A program made the translations under genes and the position numbers. Of a DNA stretch of 64,000 nucleotides, positions 29,025 through 39,226 are shown piece by piece (the stretch's first letter is position 1; every line of letters begins with the position of its first letter). The stretch covers positions 128,001 to 192,000 of the forward strand of contig JBBRLQ010000011.1 in assembly GCA_038231275.1 (NCBI GenBank), written 5' to 3'. Source of the stretch: Polyangiales bacterium (lineage in GTDB: Bacteria; Myxococcota_A; Polyangia; Polyangiales; Polyangiaceae). Under the pieces are notes generated by a model. The model was not told the DNA's origin, made no database searches, and saw nothing but the letters and a program-made list of their open reading frames with translations.

Positions 29025-31007
29025 TCAGTGCTTGCACCACGCCGCGGGCGTCGCAGGTAGGCCACCGCTGACGCCGCCTTGCAGCGCGGCGTGGTCGATG
29101 AACTGATGGTTCACGTAGTTGTACTGGTACGGCGCCGGCGTAGTGTTCGCGGTGGAGTCAACGCACACCGAGCCGTCGCGCGCGGGATCGACGTGGTGCG
29201 GGGACACCGCCGCGACGTCGCACGACGTGATCTGGCCGGCCGTCACGTGCGTTCGCACCGTCGCGACCGTCCACCAGTCGCCGCTCGCCTCGTTGCCGGG
29301 CGTCGACAGCACCGGGAACGACTGCCCGGTCACCGGGTTGTACCCCGACGAGAGCACGCGCTCGCCGTTGCAGTAGATGTTGACGTGGCTCTTCGCGGCC
29401 GACGTGCCTGAGTTGTTGCCGTAGTGATTCACGCCCACGACGAAGGCGTCGCCGTCCTTGGGGTTGTCGAGGTTGATGTTCTCGGGCCCGCAGAACGCGC
29501 CGCTCGCCGGATCGTCGATGCCGCGATCGCAGGTGACGTTGTCCCGGTCGAGGCGCGGGTTGGTGCAGCCCTGCGTTCCCGCCGCGCGCCGCGAGGACCA
29601 GCCCAGGCACGCCGTGCTCGCAGAGTCCGTGTAGCCCCAGCCGGGCGGGTTCCCGCTTCCGTCACGGCAGCCGGATGCGCCGGAGTACCAGCAGTCCTGG
29701 TACGTGTTGCCGGCCGAGCAGATCGTGTCCCAGCCTTGCTTCGCGCAGCTCACGCCTTGCAGACGCGCGAAGTGGAGATCGATGTCGTTGCCCTGCGAGC
29801 CGTTGTCACCGCCGACGGTGTCCCAGCAAAGCTCGGCGCGTACGCCGGGCGCGCGGACCTGGACCTTTTGTGTGCAGACGTAGTGCTGCCCGCCCATGTC
29901 CCACTCGCCTTGGACGAGGTAGTCGCCGCTGAGGCCGAACGCCGGGTAGATCTGGCCGCCGGGGATGCCGTTGCCGTACGCCACGGCCTGGATCGACATG
30001 AGCGGCTGACCGGCGGTCGCGACGTAGCGCGGCGGGTTCTGGAGGTTGTCGAGGCTCACCGCCGTCCGCGTGCCCTTGCGCGCGCCTACGGTGGTCGAGT
30101 CTTTGTTGTTGTAGAGTGCATACGTCGGATGCGGCAGGACGTTGTCGCAGTCGCCGCCGATGACGGTCCACGTCCAGTTCGTCGTGGTCGTGCGCGACGC
30201 GGGGTTGGTGATCCACTGCGTGCCGTCGAGGAGCGCGAGGTTCTGCGGGTTCGGGTACGGTTGGTACGTCACCGCCGCCGTCGGGCACTGGACCTGGCCG
30301 ATCTTGCACTGGCAGTCCTGGACGTCGCTGTTCTCCTGCAGGCCGTCGCAGTTGAAGTCGCCGGTCGCGCACACGTCGTGTCGGTACGGAGGCTGCGCGC
30401 CGCGGCAGGTGCCGCTCCACTTGGGGAACTCGTTGCCCGCGCAGTCGAGCGAGCCCTTGGCGTTCGTCGCGCACCAGCCCACGGCCGCCTTGGTCGCCGG
30501 ATCGATCTGCGACGCCGGGACGAGATAACAGTCCCTCGTCGTGCCGGAGCCGGGGCACGTGCATCCCTCGTCGACGAGGCCGTCGCAGTCGTCGTCGTAG
30601 CCGTTGCCGCTCGTGCCGTTCAAGAGCGCCGCCGAGACGCCGAGCCCCTGCAGCGAGGTGTCGGTGACGCCGTCGCATTCGTTGGCGGTCGGTCCCGTGC
30701 ATTTCTGCGGGTAGGGCGGGGGGCCGGCCTCGCCCGCGACGCAGCCGTCGGTCGAGACGTCGGGGCTCGCGTCGCTGAAGAGCGAGCCGTCGCCGGGGCC
30801 GGGGCCCGTGCCGCTGTCGAAGTCGCCGAGTGTTGCGTCGGGCTGATCGCCGGGTCCCATCGCATCGTTGGCGGTCGCGTCGCCGCCGGCGTTGCCGCTA
30901 TCCGCGTCGGTGAACCCGTCTTTCGTGGCCCCCGAGCAGGCGATGAGGAACGAGATCGCCGCGAACAACGCAGCGGCGAGGCAAGCGAGGCGAACTGCGC
31001 GAATCAT
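29025..31007 (-). CDS. Large Cys-rich surface lipoprotein with putative metal-binding repeats
   Basis: Lipobox LIAC; DAG/DSG linker; NGYDDDCDGLVDEG and DFNCDG repeats; C-terminal DIDLH...PRLDRDN...GPENINL. Confidence 0.8.
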   Translation of the reverse strand: MIRAVRLACLAAALFAAISFLIACSGATKDGFTDADSGNAGGDATANDAMGPGDQPDATLGDFDSGTGPGPGDGSLFSDASPDVSTDGCVAGEAGPPPYPQKCTGPTANECDGVTDTSLQGLGVSAALLNGTSGNGYDDDCDGLVDEGCTCPGSGTTRDCYLVPASQIDPATKAAVGWCATNAKGSLDCAGNEFPKWSGTCRGAQPPYRHDVCATGDFNCDGLQENSDVQDCQCKIGQVQCPTAAVTYQPYPNPQNLALLDGTQWITNPASRTTTTNWTWTVIGGDCDNVLPHPTYALYNNKDSTTVGARKGTRTAVSLDNLQNPPRYVATAGQPLMSIQAVAYGNGIPGGQIYPAFGLSGDYLVQGEWDMGGQHYVCTQKVQVRAPGVRAELCWDTVGGDNGSQGNDIDLHFARLQGVSCAKQGWDTICSAGNTYQDCWYSGASGCRDGSGNPPGWGYTDSASTACLGWSSRRAAGTQGCTNPRLDRDNVTCDRGIDDPASGAFCGPENINLDNPKDGDAFVVGVNHYGNNSGTSAAKSHVNIYCNGERVLSSGYNPVTGQSFPVLSTPGNEASGDWWTVATVRTHVTAGQITSCDVAAVSPHHVDPARDGSVCVDSTANTTPAPYQYNYVNHQFIDHAALQGGVSGGLPATPAAWCKH

Positions 31008-31094
31008 GAGACCCCCAACCGACAAAGGAGGAAGGATTAAGCGCCGAGGGCCCCTTGCGGAGCCCTCGAACGCGACGAGAAACAGATCCGATGC

Positions 31095-32213
31095 TTACTC
31101 GGCCGCTGAGTCCTTCGGCGGTGCCGTGTCGGCGCTCGCGTCGTCCGGCGGAACGCCGCCGTCCGCGCACTTGTCGGGCGCCGGGGTGCCGAGGTCGGCC
31201 ACCGTCGACGGGGCCGCGATCTCCTTCGCGGTGAAGCCGATGCCGATCGAGATCGCGGTGCAGTCGGCGCCCGCGGCGTTGGTGCCGTCGCTCATGATGT
31301 CCGACGCCTGCTGGATCTGCTGCGCGATGCTATCGAACGCGCTGCCGGAGCAGAGCGAGTCGGAGATACGGCCGGCGACCGAGCGGAGGCCGTCGATCAG
31401 CTCCTTGGTGTTGATGACGCCGGCGATCGTGCCGTTGAGCGCGTCGGTGCCGCTGTGATCGAAGGCGATCGTCGAGCGGTGGACGGTGATGTCGAGCGCG
31501 ACGCCGCCGAACGCGAGGCTCAGCTTGACGTCGCTGCCGACGCCGTTGACCCAGGTGCCGCCGACGACGAACGCGTCGCCGAACTTCACCTTGGAGCCGC
31601 CCGCGACCGTCTTGCCGTCGGCGAGGAGCTCGGGGCGGACCGGCCAGTTGTCGGCCTTGGTGAAGGTCGGGTTGTCGAGCTTGCCGCCCGCGAAGAGCTG
31701 GCCGGTTAGGCCGGTGTTGGTCTGCTTCGCTTCGTCCGACAGACCGACGGTGTCGATCAGGATCGTGAAGCCGCCCTTGACGATCGAGTCGGTCAGCTGC
31801 TTCGAGATGTCGTGGCTGAACGTCTGGATGATCGGGACGATGATGCTGCCGAACGCGTTGTCGATGCCGTTGTCGCCGTCGATCTGGGTGTTCTTGCTGG
31901 CGCCCGCGGCGCCCTTGCACACGTCGGCGGAGGTCTTGTCGCTGACCTTGCCGTCGATGTTGTAGCCGAACTTCTTCCACGCGGTGGTGCTCGGGTTGCC
32001 CCCGCGATCGGTGTCGCCGAGGAGCAGAGCGTTGAGGGCGTAGGTGTGCTGCGTCGTCGACGTGGTCGCGGGCGCGGCGGGCTTCGCCGGCGGACCGCCG
32101 ACCGAGCCGGTGGTGCCGCCGCCTGAGCTGCTGCTCGAGCATGCCGTCACCCCGAGGTAGCCGACCGCAAGCAAACCGAGACCAACCAGCGTAACCGTGC
32201 GTGCAAGCTTCAT
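31095..32213 (-). CDS. Lipoprotein, hypothetical (myxobacterial type)
   Basis: GGAGG RBS; lipobox VTAC + poly-Ser; GYNIDG, DGDNGIDN acidic motifs. Confidence 0.8.
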   Translation of the reverse strand: MKLARTVTLVGLGLLAVGYLGVTACSSSSSGGGTTGSVGGPPAKPAAPATTSTTQHTYALNALLLGDTDRGGNPSTTAWKKFGYNIDGKVSDKTSADVCKGAAGASKNTQIDGDNGIDNAFGSIIVPIIQTFSHDISKQLTDSIVKGGFTILIDTVGLSDEAKQTNTGLTGQLFAGGKLDNPTFTKADNWPVRPELLADGKTVAGGSKVKFGDAFVVGGTWVNGVGSDVKLSLAFGGVALDITVHRSTIAFDHSGTDALNGTIAGVINTKELIDGLRSVAGRISDSLCSGSAFDSIAQQIQQASDIMSDGTNAAGADCTAISIGIGFTAKEIAAPSTVADLGTPAPDKCADGGVPPDDASADTAPPKDSAAE

Positions 32214-32256
32214 ATTCTGCCTCCTCCGACAACCCAAGGAAAAAACTATTGCGCTG

Positions 32257-32272
32257 GGCATGGTAGGCGCCA
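32257..32272 (-). promoter_or_regulatory. Candidate sigma54 promoter of the 32213 lipoprotein gene
   Basis: Minus strand TGGCGC-CTACC-ATGCC (GG-N10-GC). Confidence 0.4.
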
Positions 32273-32335
32273 GCGCACGCCGTCGCAAGCGAAGAGGCAC
32301 GCGACGCTCGCGATACTTTCCCTCCCGCGAGTGAC

Positions 32336-34822
32336 TCACTGCGTCAAGGCGGCCGTGTGCTCGCCCGGTGAGAGCTTCACGAACGCCGCGTTTCCTTCGA
32401 AGGCGACGCCCTGCGCGGCGGCGTCGAGCGCGGCCCGTGAGGAGAGGATCGGCGCTGCGACTCCGTCGACGATCGCGGACGATGGCGCGCCGGCAAGCCC
32501 GAGGACCTCGACGAGCATTCCGCCGCGCAGCTCGGCGCCGTCGTTCACGTGGAGCGACGTCGTCCGGGGCGAGGAGCGGAGCTCGACGAGCGCGCCGTCG
32601 AAGAGGACGAAGGTGCCGTCGGCCCCCGCCGCGACGCGCGGGTAGAGGACGCCGGGTGTGGTCGCATACGAGTCGACCGTGGCGGGGCTCGTCGTCGGGC
32701 TCAACGTGTCGATGGTCGGCCGGAGGAGCGGCACGATCCCGCCGCGCCGCAGGTACAAGGGGAGAGTTCCGAGCGGCGCGTCGACCGTCGCCGTGACGCC
32801 GCCCGCGTGGACAGCGCCGGTCCACCAGTCGATCCACTCGCCGGGCGGGAAGACGACGCTCCGCGTGCGCGCACCGCGTGCCAGCACCGGCGCGACGAGC
32901 AGATCGTCGCCGAACATGTACGCGTCGTTGGGGTGCACGCCGAGCGACGGGTACGCGAGGCCGAGGGCGCGCGTGATCGGCCGGCCCGTCGTCGCCAGCG
33001 CCTGCGCGTACGTCCACTCGTACGGGAACAGCCGCAAGTGAAGCCGCGTGTACGTGCGGTACGCGTCGAGGAGCTCCTGATCGACACCGGTCTGCGGATC
33101 GGCCTCCCACGCGACGGTGCTCGCCGAGTTGCCGATTTGCATCACGCTGGAGAGTGCCGTCTGCTGAAACCACCGCATGAAGAGCTCTTTGTCCGGCGGC
33201 GAGTGGCGATAGCCGCCGGTGTCGGCGCCATAGAACGGAAAGCCGCTCGGGCCGAGCGTCAGCCCCGCGATCACCGACGCCGGGAGGCCGCCGACCGACA
33301 CGTACGTCCCCGCGCTCTCGCCGTGCTGCGCGAACGTCGCGTCGAGATCGCCGGGCCACACGATGCAGCCGTTCGCGCCTTCTCCCCACGTGCCGGCGCG
33401 GCAGAGGAGGAAGCCGCCCTCCTTCGGCAACGTCTCGGCGTACACGCGGTGGTAGAGGACGCGGTAGAGGGAGTGCATCGTGCGCTCGTCGCTCCCGTCG
33501 GCGAAGCGCCAGACGTTGCGCCCCTTGCCAACCGTCGGCGCGATGTCCTCGGCGTAGTCGAGCTTGAACCCCTCGACGCCGAGATCCGTGTAGCGGTGAA
33601 TCAGCGCTTGCCACCACGCGTAGGCGGCGCCGTTCGTGAGATCGATCGGCGCGCTCCACGGGTTCAGGGAGAGGCTGACGGCCTTCGGGAAGAATCCGCC
33701 TTTCTCCGCCTCGGCGAAGAGCGCGGCAGTGGAGGGATCTTTGTGATCGACGTAAGGCGCGTGCCAGAGCCCGAAACGGAAGCCGAGGCCCTGCACCTTC
33801 TGGATCATCGCCGGGGCATCCGTGAACTTCTTGGGGTTCCAGTCGAAGCTGTTGATGCCGGTCGCGTACGGCTCGTCGATCCAGAGCGCCGTATGGGGCA
33901 GATCGAGATCGCGCATCGTCTTCGCGTCGGACTCGACCTGCGCTTGGTCGCGGTTTTCGTCGCGCCAGAGCCACGGCCCGAGGGCCCAGCGCGCGGGCAG
34001 GTGCGGCGCGCCGGTGACGTCGTAGAAGTGCTTGGTCACGTCGAGCGGGTGATCGGCGGAGAAGAGATGGAAGGCGAGTCCCTGCTGGGACGCGGCGCCG
34101 GTGCCGAAGGTGACCTCGACGAGATCGGCCTCCTTGGCGGCGACGTCGAAGAGCCCGGTCGCGCGCGATGCGACGAAGAGGCCCCATCCTTCTGTGCCGA
34201 TGACGAACGGGACAGGCACGTGCGCCTCGTTGTAGCCGCTCTCGGTGCGACCGCCGTCGGCCTCGAGCTGCATCGCGCGCACGTGGCCGCGCTGGTTCAC
34301 GTCGTCCAGGTACTCGCCGAGGCCGTAAAATCCCTCGGTGGCGCTCACGCGGGCGCGCAGCTTGAAGAGGGCGACAGGCGGACCTGCATCCGCGGGCGTG
34401 AGCGTGAGAGCGAAGCGCCCGGGCGCGGCGCTCACGACGTCGAGCGTCGCGTGTTTTCCCTCGTCGTACGTGAGATCGAGCGTCATCTTCGACGCATCCT
34501 GTCCGACGACGTGCGCGCTCGTCACGGCGAGCCAGCGGAGGCCATCGGGCGCGCTCGGCGGCGTACCGTCGGGGTACGGATCGTAGTCGGTGCCGTCTTC
34601 GATCGCGCTGACGACGCCGAGCGAGAGGCCGTCGGCAGGGAAGGTGAGGAGCGTCTTCGTGCCGCGCCCGAACACGAGGCTCTTGGTGTCACCGTGGAGG
34701 ACGATCCCCGCCCTTCCATCGAACAGCACCGCGTTCTCGGCGGGCGGGCTAGTGCGTTTGCTGGAGCACGCGCCGAGGCTGGCGGAGAGGGCGAGCAGCC
34801 AGGGAACGATGACGGATCGCAT
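32336..34822 (-). CDS. Glycoside hydrolase family 31 (alpha-glucosidase/xylosidase-like), lipoprotein
   Basis: FYGLGE, GFKLDYAE (nucleophile Asp), VWPGD (acid/base Asp), DTGGY, YMFGDDLLVAPV; lipobox LGAC. Confidence 0.92.
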   Translation of the reverse strand: MRSVIVPWLLALSASLGACSSKRTSPPAENAVLFDGRAGIVLHGDTKSLVFGRGTKTLLTFPADGLSLGVVSAIEDGTDYDPYPDGTPPSAPDGLRWLAVTSAHVVGQDASKMTLDLTYDEGKHATLDVVSAAPGRFALTLTPADAGPPVALFKLRARVSATEGFYGLGEYLDDVNQRGHVRAMQLEADGGRTESGYNEAHVPVPFVIGTEGWGLFVASRATGLFDVAAKEADLVEVTFGTGAASQQGLAFHLFSADHPLDVTKHFYDVTGAPHLPARWALGPWLWRDENRDQAQVESDAKTMRDLDLPHTALWIDEPYATGINSFDWNPKKFTDAPAMIQKVQGLGFRFGLWHAPYVDHKDPSTAALFAEAEKGGFFPKAVSLSLNPWSAPIDLTNGAAYAWWQALIHRYTDLGVEGFKLDYAEDIAPTVGKGRNVWRFADGSDERTMHSLYRVLYHRVYAETLPKEGGFLLCRAGTWGEGANGCIVWPGDLDATFAQHGESAGTYVSVGGLPASVIAGLTLGPSGFPFYGADTGGYRHSPPDKELFMRWFQQTALSSVMQIGNSASTVAWEADPQTGVDQELLDAYRTYTRLHLRLFPYEWTYAQALATTGRPITRALGLAYPSLGVHPNDAYMFGDDLLVAPVLARGARTRSVVFPPGEWIDWWTGAVHAGGVTATVDAPLGTLPLYLRRGGIVPLLRPTIDTLSPTTSPATVDSYATTPGVLYPRVAAGADGTFVLFDGALVELRSSPRTTSLHVNDGAELRGGMLVEVLGLAGAPSSAIVDGVAAPILSSRAALDAAAQGVAFEGNAAFVKLSPGEHTAALTQ

Positions 34823-34982
34823 GCCCGGCGCAGCCTACTACGCGATTCGCCCACACGGGTCCTCACGCGCGGTCGAGGTGTCAACCGCCGCGTGCGTGAC
34901 TTCCGGCACATGAACCGGCCCGCGATCGGTCTATCGTGAAATTTCTCCGCCGCCTCGTCCGACACCTCGAAACCCCCGCTCA

Positions 34983-37502
34983 ATGCTCCCCATCGCGCTC
35001 CTCGCCGCCGTCACAGCCGGTCCGCCCCCGCACCTGACTGCCATGCACGTGACCGAGGCCCCGGTCCTCGACGGCAAGCTCGACGAGCCGGTGTGGAAGC
35101 GTGCGGGGGCGACCGGTGCGTTCACCCAAAAGCTCCCGGTCGACGGCGCGGCGGCGTCGGAGGCAACGAGCGTTCGCATCCTCTACGACGACGACGCGAT
35201 CTACGTCGGGATCCACTGCGATCAAATGCGCGCGCCGATCGTCCCGCGCCTCACGCGGCGCGACAGGCAGGTCGAGTCGGACTGGGTGTCCATCAACCTC
35301 GACACGCGCGGCGACGGAAAGAGCGCGCTCGAGTTCCTCGTCAACGCGTCGGGAGTCCTGGTCGACGGGGCGCGCTCCAACGACGTCGACTACTCGTCTG
35401 ACTGGGACGAGAACTGGGAGGCGAAGACCGCGATCCAGGGCGAGGCCGGGTGGAGCGCCGAGATCCGCATCCCGCTCCGCATCCTTCGCTTCGCGAAACG
35501 CGACGAGCAGTCGTGGGGCCTGCAAGCGCGCAGGTACATCTCGGCGAAGCAAGAGCTCGACGAGTGGTCGTACACGCCGCGCAGTGTGACCGCGGAGGTG
35601 TCGCGGTACGGAAAGCTCGATGGTCTACGCGGCCTCGAGCCACGCACCGCCTTCGAGCTCCGCCCGTTCGCGCTGCTCCGCGTACGCAGCCGCGAGGCGA
35701 CCGCCGACACGACCGGGCACGGCGTCGACGTCATGCCTTCGGGCGGCCTCGACCTGAAGTGGCACCCGAGCCAAGATCTCACCGTCGACGCGACGGTGAA
35801 CCCCGACTTCGCGCAGGTCGAGGCCGATCAGGTCGTCTTGAACCTCTCGACCTTCGAGGTCTACAAGCCCGAGAAGCGCCCATTTTTCCTCGAGGGAGCG
35901 GAGCTCGTCGCGCCGCGCACGAATTTTCAGCTCGTCTACACCAAGCGAATCGGCCGTGCGCCTGATCTTCCGCAGCTCCGTGCGTCGGAGCGCTTCACCG
36001 AGCAGCTCGTCGATCTGCCGGAGCCGGGGACGATCTACGGCGCCACCAAGCTCACCGGACGCCTCAGCGAGAAGGTCTCGATCGGCACGCTCTCCGCGCT
36101 CGTCGGAGAAAACACGGTAAAAATCCAAGGGCCCGACGGGGGCCGCACCAAGCGCGTCGTCGAGCCGCTCACCGCCTACAACGTCGTGCGCGTGAAGCGC
36201 GACGTCGGCGACAACGCGCACGTCGGCATGCTCCTCACCGGCGTCACCCGCGCCGAGGACACGTCGGCGTACGTGCCGAGCCTCGACACGCCCGGCCGGT
36301 TCGTATGCCCCAATCGCTCGTCCACGGTGAGCTTCGGACAACGCTGCTTCCACGACGCGTATTCGATGGGGGTCGACGCGCGCCTCCGCCGGGGCGACTG
36401 GGTGACGGCGGGCCAGATCGTGGCCACCGCGATCGAGCGCGGCCCGGCGCGTACCCTGGTCGACGGCAGCGTCGTCGGCGCGGGCGACGTGGCCCCCGCC
36501 GCCGAGGGCTACTTCGGCAAGGAGGGCGGCAAGCACATCACCACCTGGACGTGGTTCGGCAACGCCGCGCGCAAAGTCGACTTCAACGATCTGGGCTTCA
36601 TGTGGCGTCAGAACGTGCGGTACGCGGGCGGCGGAATGGAATTCAAGACGCTCGAGCCGTGGTGGGAGACGCTCGAGACGCACCACGGCTTCGAGATCGC
36701 CGGCGCCGACAACCTCTCGGGCCTCAACATCGGCCGCGACGCGAACGTCTACACGGGCTGGAAGTTCACGAACTTCTGGGAGGCGCGCGCGGCCGTCGGC
36801 GTCCGCGCGCGAAGGTTCGACGATCGCGAGGTGGGCGATGGCACCGCGCTCGAGCGCGACGCGACCGCGTGGGTGCGCGCGCGCCTCATCTCCGATCCGC
36901 GCGCAAAGGTCGCGTTCACCGCCGGCGGCCAGTACGCCACCATCGCGGGCGGCGTCAGCGCCAACGCCGACGCGACGGTCACGTGGCGCGTGCTGCCGCA
37001 GCTCGACGTCGAGCTCACGCCGCAGATGTCGATCGCCAAAGGCGAGCCGCGCTACGCCGTCGACGGCGCGATCTCCGGCGCGCACCTCTACGCGCCGCTC
37101 GATGCGTCCAACGTGAGCGCGACGGTGCGCACCATCTACACCTTCACGCCGCGCCTCTCGCTCCAGGGCTATGCGCAAGCGTTCCTCGCCAGCGGCCACT
37201 ACGGCCCGCTGTCGGTCGGCCCGGTCTCGGGCCTAGGCAGCGTCGTGCGACGGAGCGATCTCGTTCCGACGACCGAGGGACCGTCGTCGAACCCGGATTT
37301 TCAGCAAGGCGCGATGAACATCAACGCGCTCGTGCGTTGGGAGTACCGCCTCGGGTCGATCGTCTCGCTCGTCTACGCGCGGACGCAGTACCCGAAGGTG
37401 GTCCTCGGCCCGCAGGAGAACGGCGCGCTGGATTTCCGATCCATCGGCCGCGCGCCGTCGGTCGACCTCTTCTACTTGAAGCTCTCGTATTTTTGGGGCT
37501 AA
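34983..37502 (+). CDS. CBM9-like + DUF5916 domain exported/outer-membrane protein
   Basis: PVLDGKLDEPVW, WSAEIRIP, TVNPDFAQVEADQ, EKRPFFLEG; C-terminal beta-signal-like YLKLSYFW. Confidence 0.85.
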   Translation: MLPIALLAAVTAGPPPHLTAMHVTEAPVLDGKLDEPVWKRAGATGAFTQKLPVDGAAASEATSVRILYDDDAIYVGIHCDQMRAPIVPRLTRRDRQVESDWVSINLDTRGDGKSALEFLVNASGVLVDGARSNDVDYSSDWDENWEAKTAIQGEAGWSAEIRIPLRILRFAKRDEQSWGLQARRYISAKQELDEWSYTPRSVTAEVSRYGKLDGLRGLEPRTAFELRPFALLRVRSREATADTTGHGVDVMPSGGLDLKWHPSQDLTVDATVNPDFAQVEADQVVLNLSTFEVYKPEKRPFFLEGAELVAPRTNFQLVYTKRIGRAPDLPQLRASERFTEQLVDLPEPGTIYGATKLTGRLSEKVSIGTLSALVGENTVKIQGPDGGRTKRVVEPLTAYNVVRVKRDVGDNAHVGMLLTGVTRAEDTSAYVPSLDTPGRFVCPNRSSTVSFGQRCFHDAYSMGVDARLRRGDWVTAGQIVATAIERGPARTLVDGSVVGAGDVAPAAEGYFGKEGGKHITTWTWFGNAARKVDFNDLGFMWRQNVRYAGGGMEFKTLEPWWETLETHHGFEIAGADNLSGLNIGRDANVYTGWKFTNFWEARAAVGVRARRFDDREVGDGTALERDATAWVRARLISDPRAKVAFTAGGQYATIAGGVSANADATVTWRVLPQLDVELTPQMSIAKGEPRYAVDGAISGAHLYAPLDASNVSATVRTIYTFTPRLSLQGYAQAFLASGHYGPLSVGPVSGLGSVVRRSDLVPTTEGPSSNPDFQQGAMNINALVRWEYRLGSIVSLVYARTQYPKVVLGPQENGALDFRSIGRAPSVDLFYLKLSYFWG

Positions 37503-37610
37503 CCAAGACGGATGCGGCGCTCGCGAGACGTCGCGGGGCTCGCGCGTCGTCGCGACGGACAGCGGTGTGACCGATCCGTGCACTCGGGCGGGATGTTGTG
37601 CGTTTCGTAC

Positions 37611-37626
37611 GGGCATGCGGTGTGCA
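37611..37626 (+). promoter_or_regulatory. Candidate sigma54 promoter
   Basis: GGGCAT-GCGGT-GTGCA (GG 37612-13, GC 37624-25); ATG at 37640. Confidence 0.45.
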
Positions 37627-37639
37627 CATGTGCGCGTGC

Positions 37640-39226
37640 ATGAAGGCCGCTCGACGTCGCACCTGGATCGCCGTTGCCCTGGGCCTCGCCGCGGGCGGGC
37701 TTTCCACGGGCGCCCTCCTCGACGAGGCGCACGCGGCGGACACCGTCACCAAGATCGCCGACGGCGTGACGATGACGAGGCGGACCACCGCGACGCCGTG
37801 GGTCATCCACCTCCTCAAGGTGGATCTGACGACGCCGGGAGTTCACCTCGGATCGACGACGTCGGCCGAACGCCAGCGCACGACGTCAAGCTTCGCGAAG
37901 CTCGTCGGCGCGGCGGCGGCGACCAACGGCGATTTTTTCTCCTACAGCACGTACGGCGTCGTCGGTCTCGCCGCCGGCGGCGGCGCGGCGTGGGCAGACA
38001 CGAAGGACTCGTCGCTCTCCGCGAACCTCGCGTTCGACGATCACGGGCGCGTCGAGTTCCATGACGCGTCCCAGGTCCTGAAATTCGATCCCACGTGGAT
38101 GCGCGGCGTCGTCTCCGGCCATCCTCAGGTCGTCAACGCTGGCGTCGCGATCACCGCCAACCCCGGCAACCAGGCGGCGTGCACGACGCGCAACCCGCGG
38201 ACGAGCGCCGGCATGTCGCAGGACGGCAAGACGCTCTTTCTCATGGTCGTCGACGGTCGCTCGAGCGCCAGCGCCGGCATGACGTGCGTAGAGGTCGCCG
38301 CCGAGATGAAGTCGTTCGGCGCGTACGACGCCGTGAACTTCGACGGCGGCGGCTCGACGACGATGTACCTGCGCGGCACCGGCATCGTGAACACGCCGTC
38401 GGATGGCGCCGAGCGCACCGTCGGCAACCACCTCGGCATCTTCGCGCCGCGCCTCGGCTCGGTCGGCACCGTCCAAGGCATCGTGCACGACGCAGCGGAC
38501 GCGAAGGCCGTCCTCAAGAGCGCGAGCGTCACGATCGCGGGCGGCGGCACCGACACGACCGATGCTGCTGGCGTCTATGCGCTCGACACGCTTCCCGGCA
38601 CGTTTGCCGTCACTGCGAAGAAGCCCGGTTACTCGCCGAAGGTCCTCAAGGTGACCGTACCGGTCGGCGGCACCGTGAAGCTCGACGTGCCGATGGACAA
38701 GGATCCCAACGCGGACTTCGATGGCGACGGCGTGCCCGATCTCAAGGACAACTGCCCCGAGATCAAAAACCCCGACCAGTCCGATCGCGATCACGACGGC
38801 CTGGGCGACGCGTGCGACATGGACGACGACGGCGATGGCGTGGCCGACGAGGACGACAACTGTCCGACGGTGCCCAACCCCGATCAGGCCGACAGCAACA
38901 ACGACGGCGTCGGCGACGCGTGCGAGGGCGCGGACGGCGGCGTGGGATCGGGCGATGGAGGCGGCGGGGTCGGCGGGGTCGGCGGCGGTGGCGCGGGCGG
39001 CAACGGCGCCGGACCGGGCGGCGACCCTACGGCGTCCGGCGACGGTGGAAGCTCACCGCACGCAGGCTGCGGCGTCGCATCGCACGCGCCCGGCGAGGCA
39101 GGCAGTGGCCTCGCTCTGGGCGTGCTCGCGGCAGCGGCGTTCGCGCGACGGCGTTCGCGCGCGAGCAGGTTGGTTGGGTCGGGAGTGGGTCAGGGGCCGC
39201 AGAAGACTTCCGAGACGACGTCGTAG
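37640..39226 (+). CDS. Secreted phosphodiester glycosidase (NAGPA/DUF2233) + carboxypeptidase-regulatory-like domain + thrombospondin type-3 repeats + MYXO-CTERM-like tail
   Basis: [37 protein letters not shown] / [10 protein letters not shown] repeats; GCGVA...[13 protein letters not shown] tail. Confidence 0.88.
   Translation: MKAARRRTWIAVALGLAAGGLSTGALLDEAHAADTVTKIADGVTMTRRTTATPWVIHLLKVDLTTPGVHLGSTTSAERQRTTSSFAKLVGAAAATNGDFFSYSTYGVVGLAAGGGAAWADTKDSSLSANLAFDDHGRVEFHDASQVLKFDPTWMRGVVSGHPQVVNAGVAITANPGNQAACTTRNPRTSAGMSQDGKTLFLMVVDGRSSASAGMTCVEVAAEMKSFGAYDAVNFDGGGSTTMYLRGTGIVNTPSDGAERTVGNHLGIFAPRLGSVGTVQGIVHDAADAKAVLKSASVTIAGGGTDTTDAAGVYALDTLPGTFAVTAKKPGYSPKVLKVTVPVGGTVKLDVPMDKDPNADFDGDGVPDLKDNCPEIKNPDQSDRDHDGLGDACDMDDDGDGVADEDDNCPTVPNPDQADSNNDGVGDACEGADGGVGSGDGGGGVGGVGGGGAGGNGAGPGGDPTASGDGGSSPHAGCGVASHAPGEAGSGLALGVLAAAAFARRRSRASRLVGSGVGQGPQKTSETTS

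Noticed and set aside
32214..34187. N-terminal 658 aa of the 1030-aa ORF 31095-34187
   Set aside because: Alternate frame of the GH31 gene; the real gene starts at ATG 32213 with a GGAGG RBS and signal peptide
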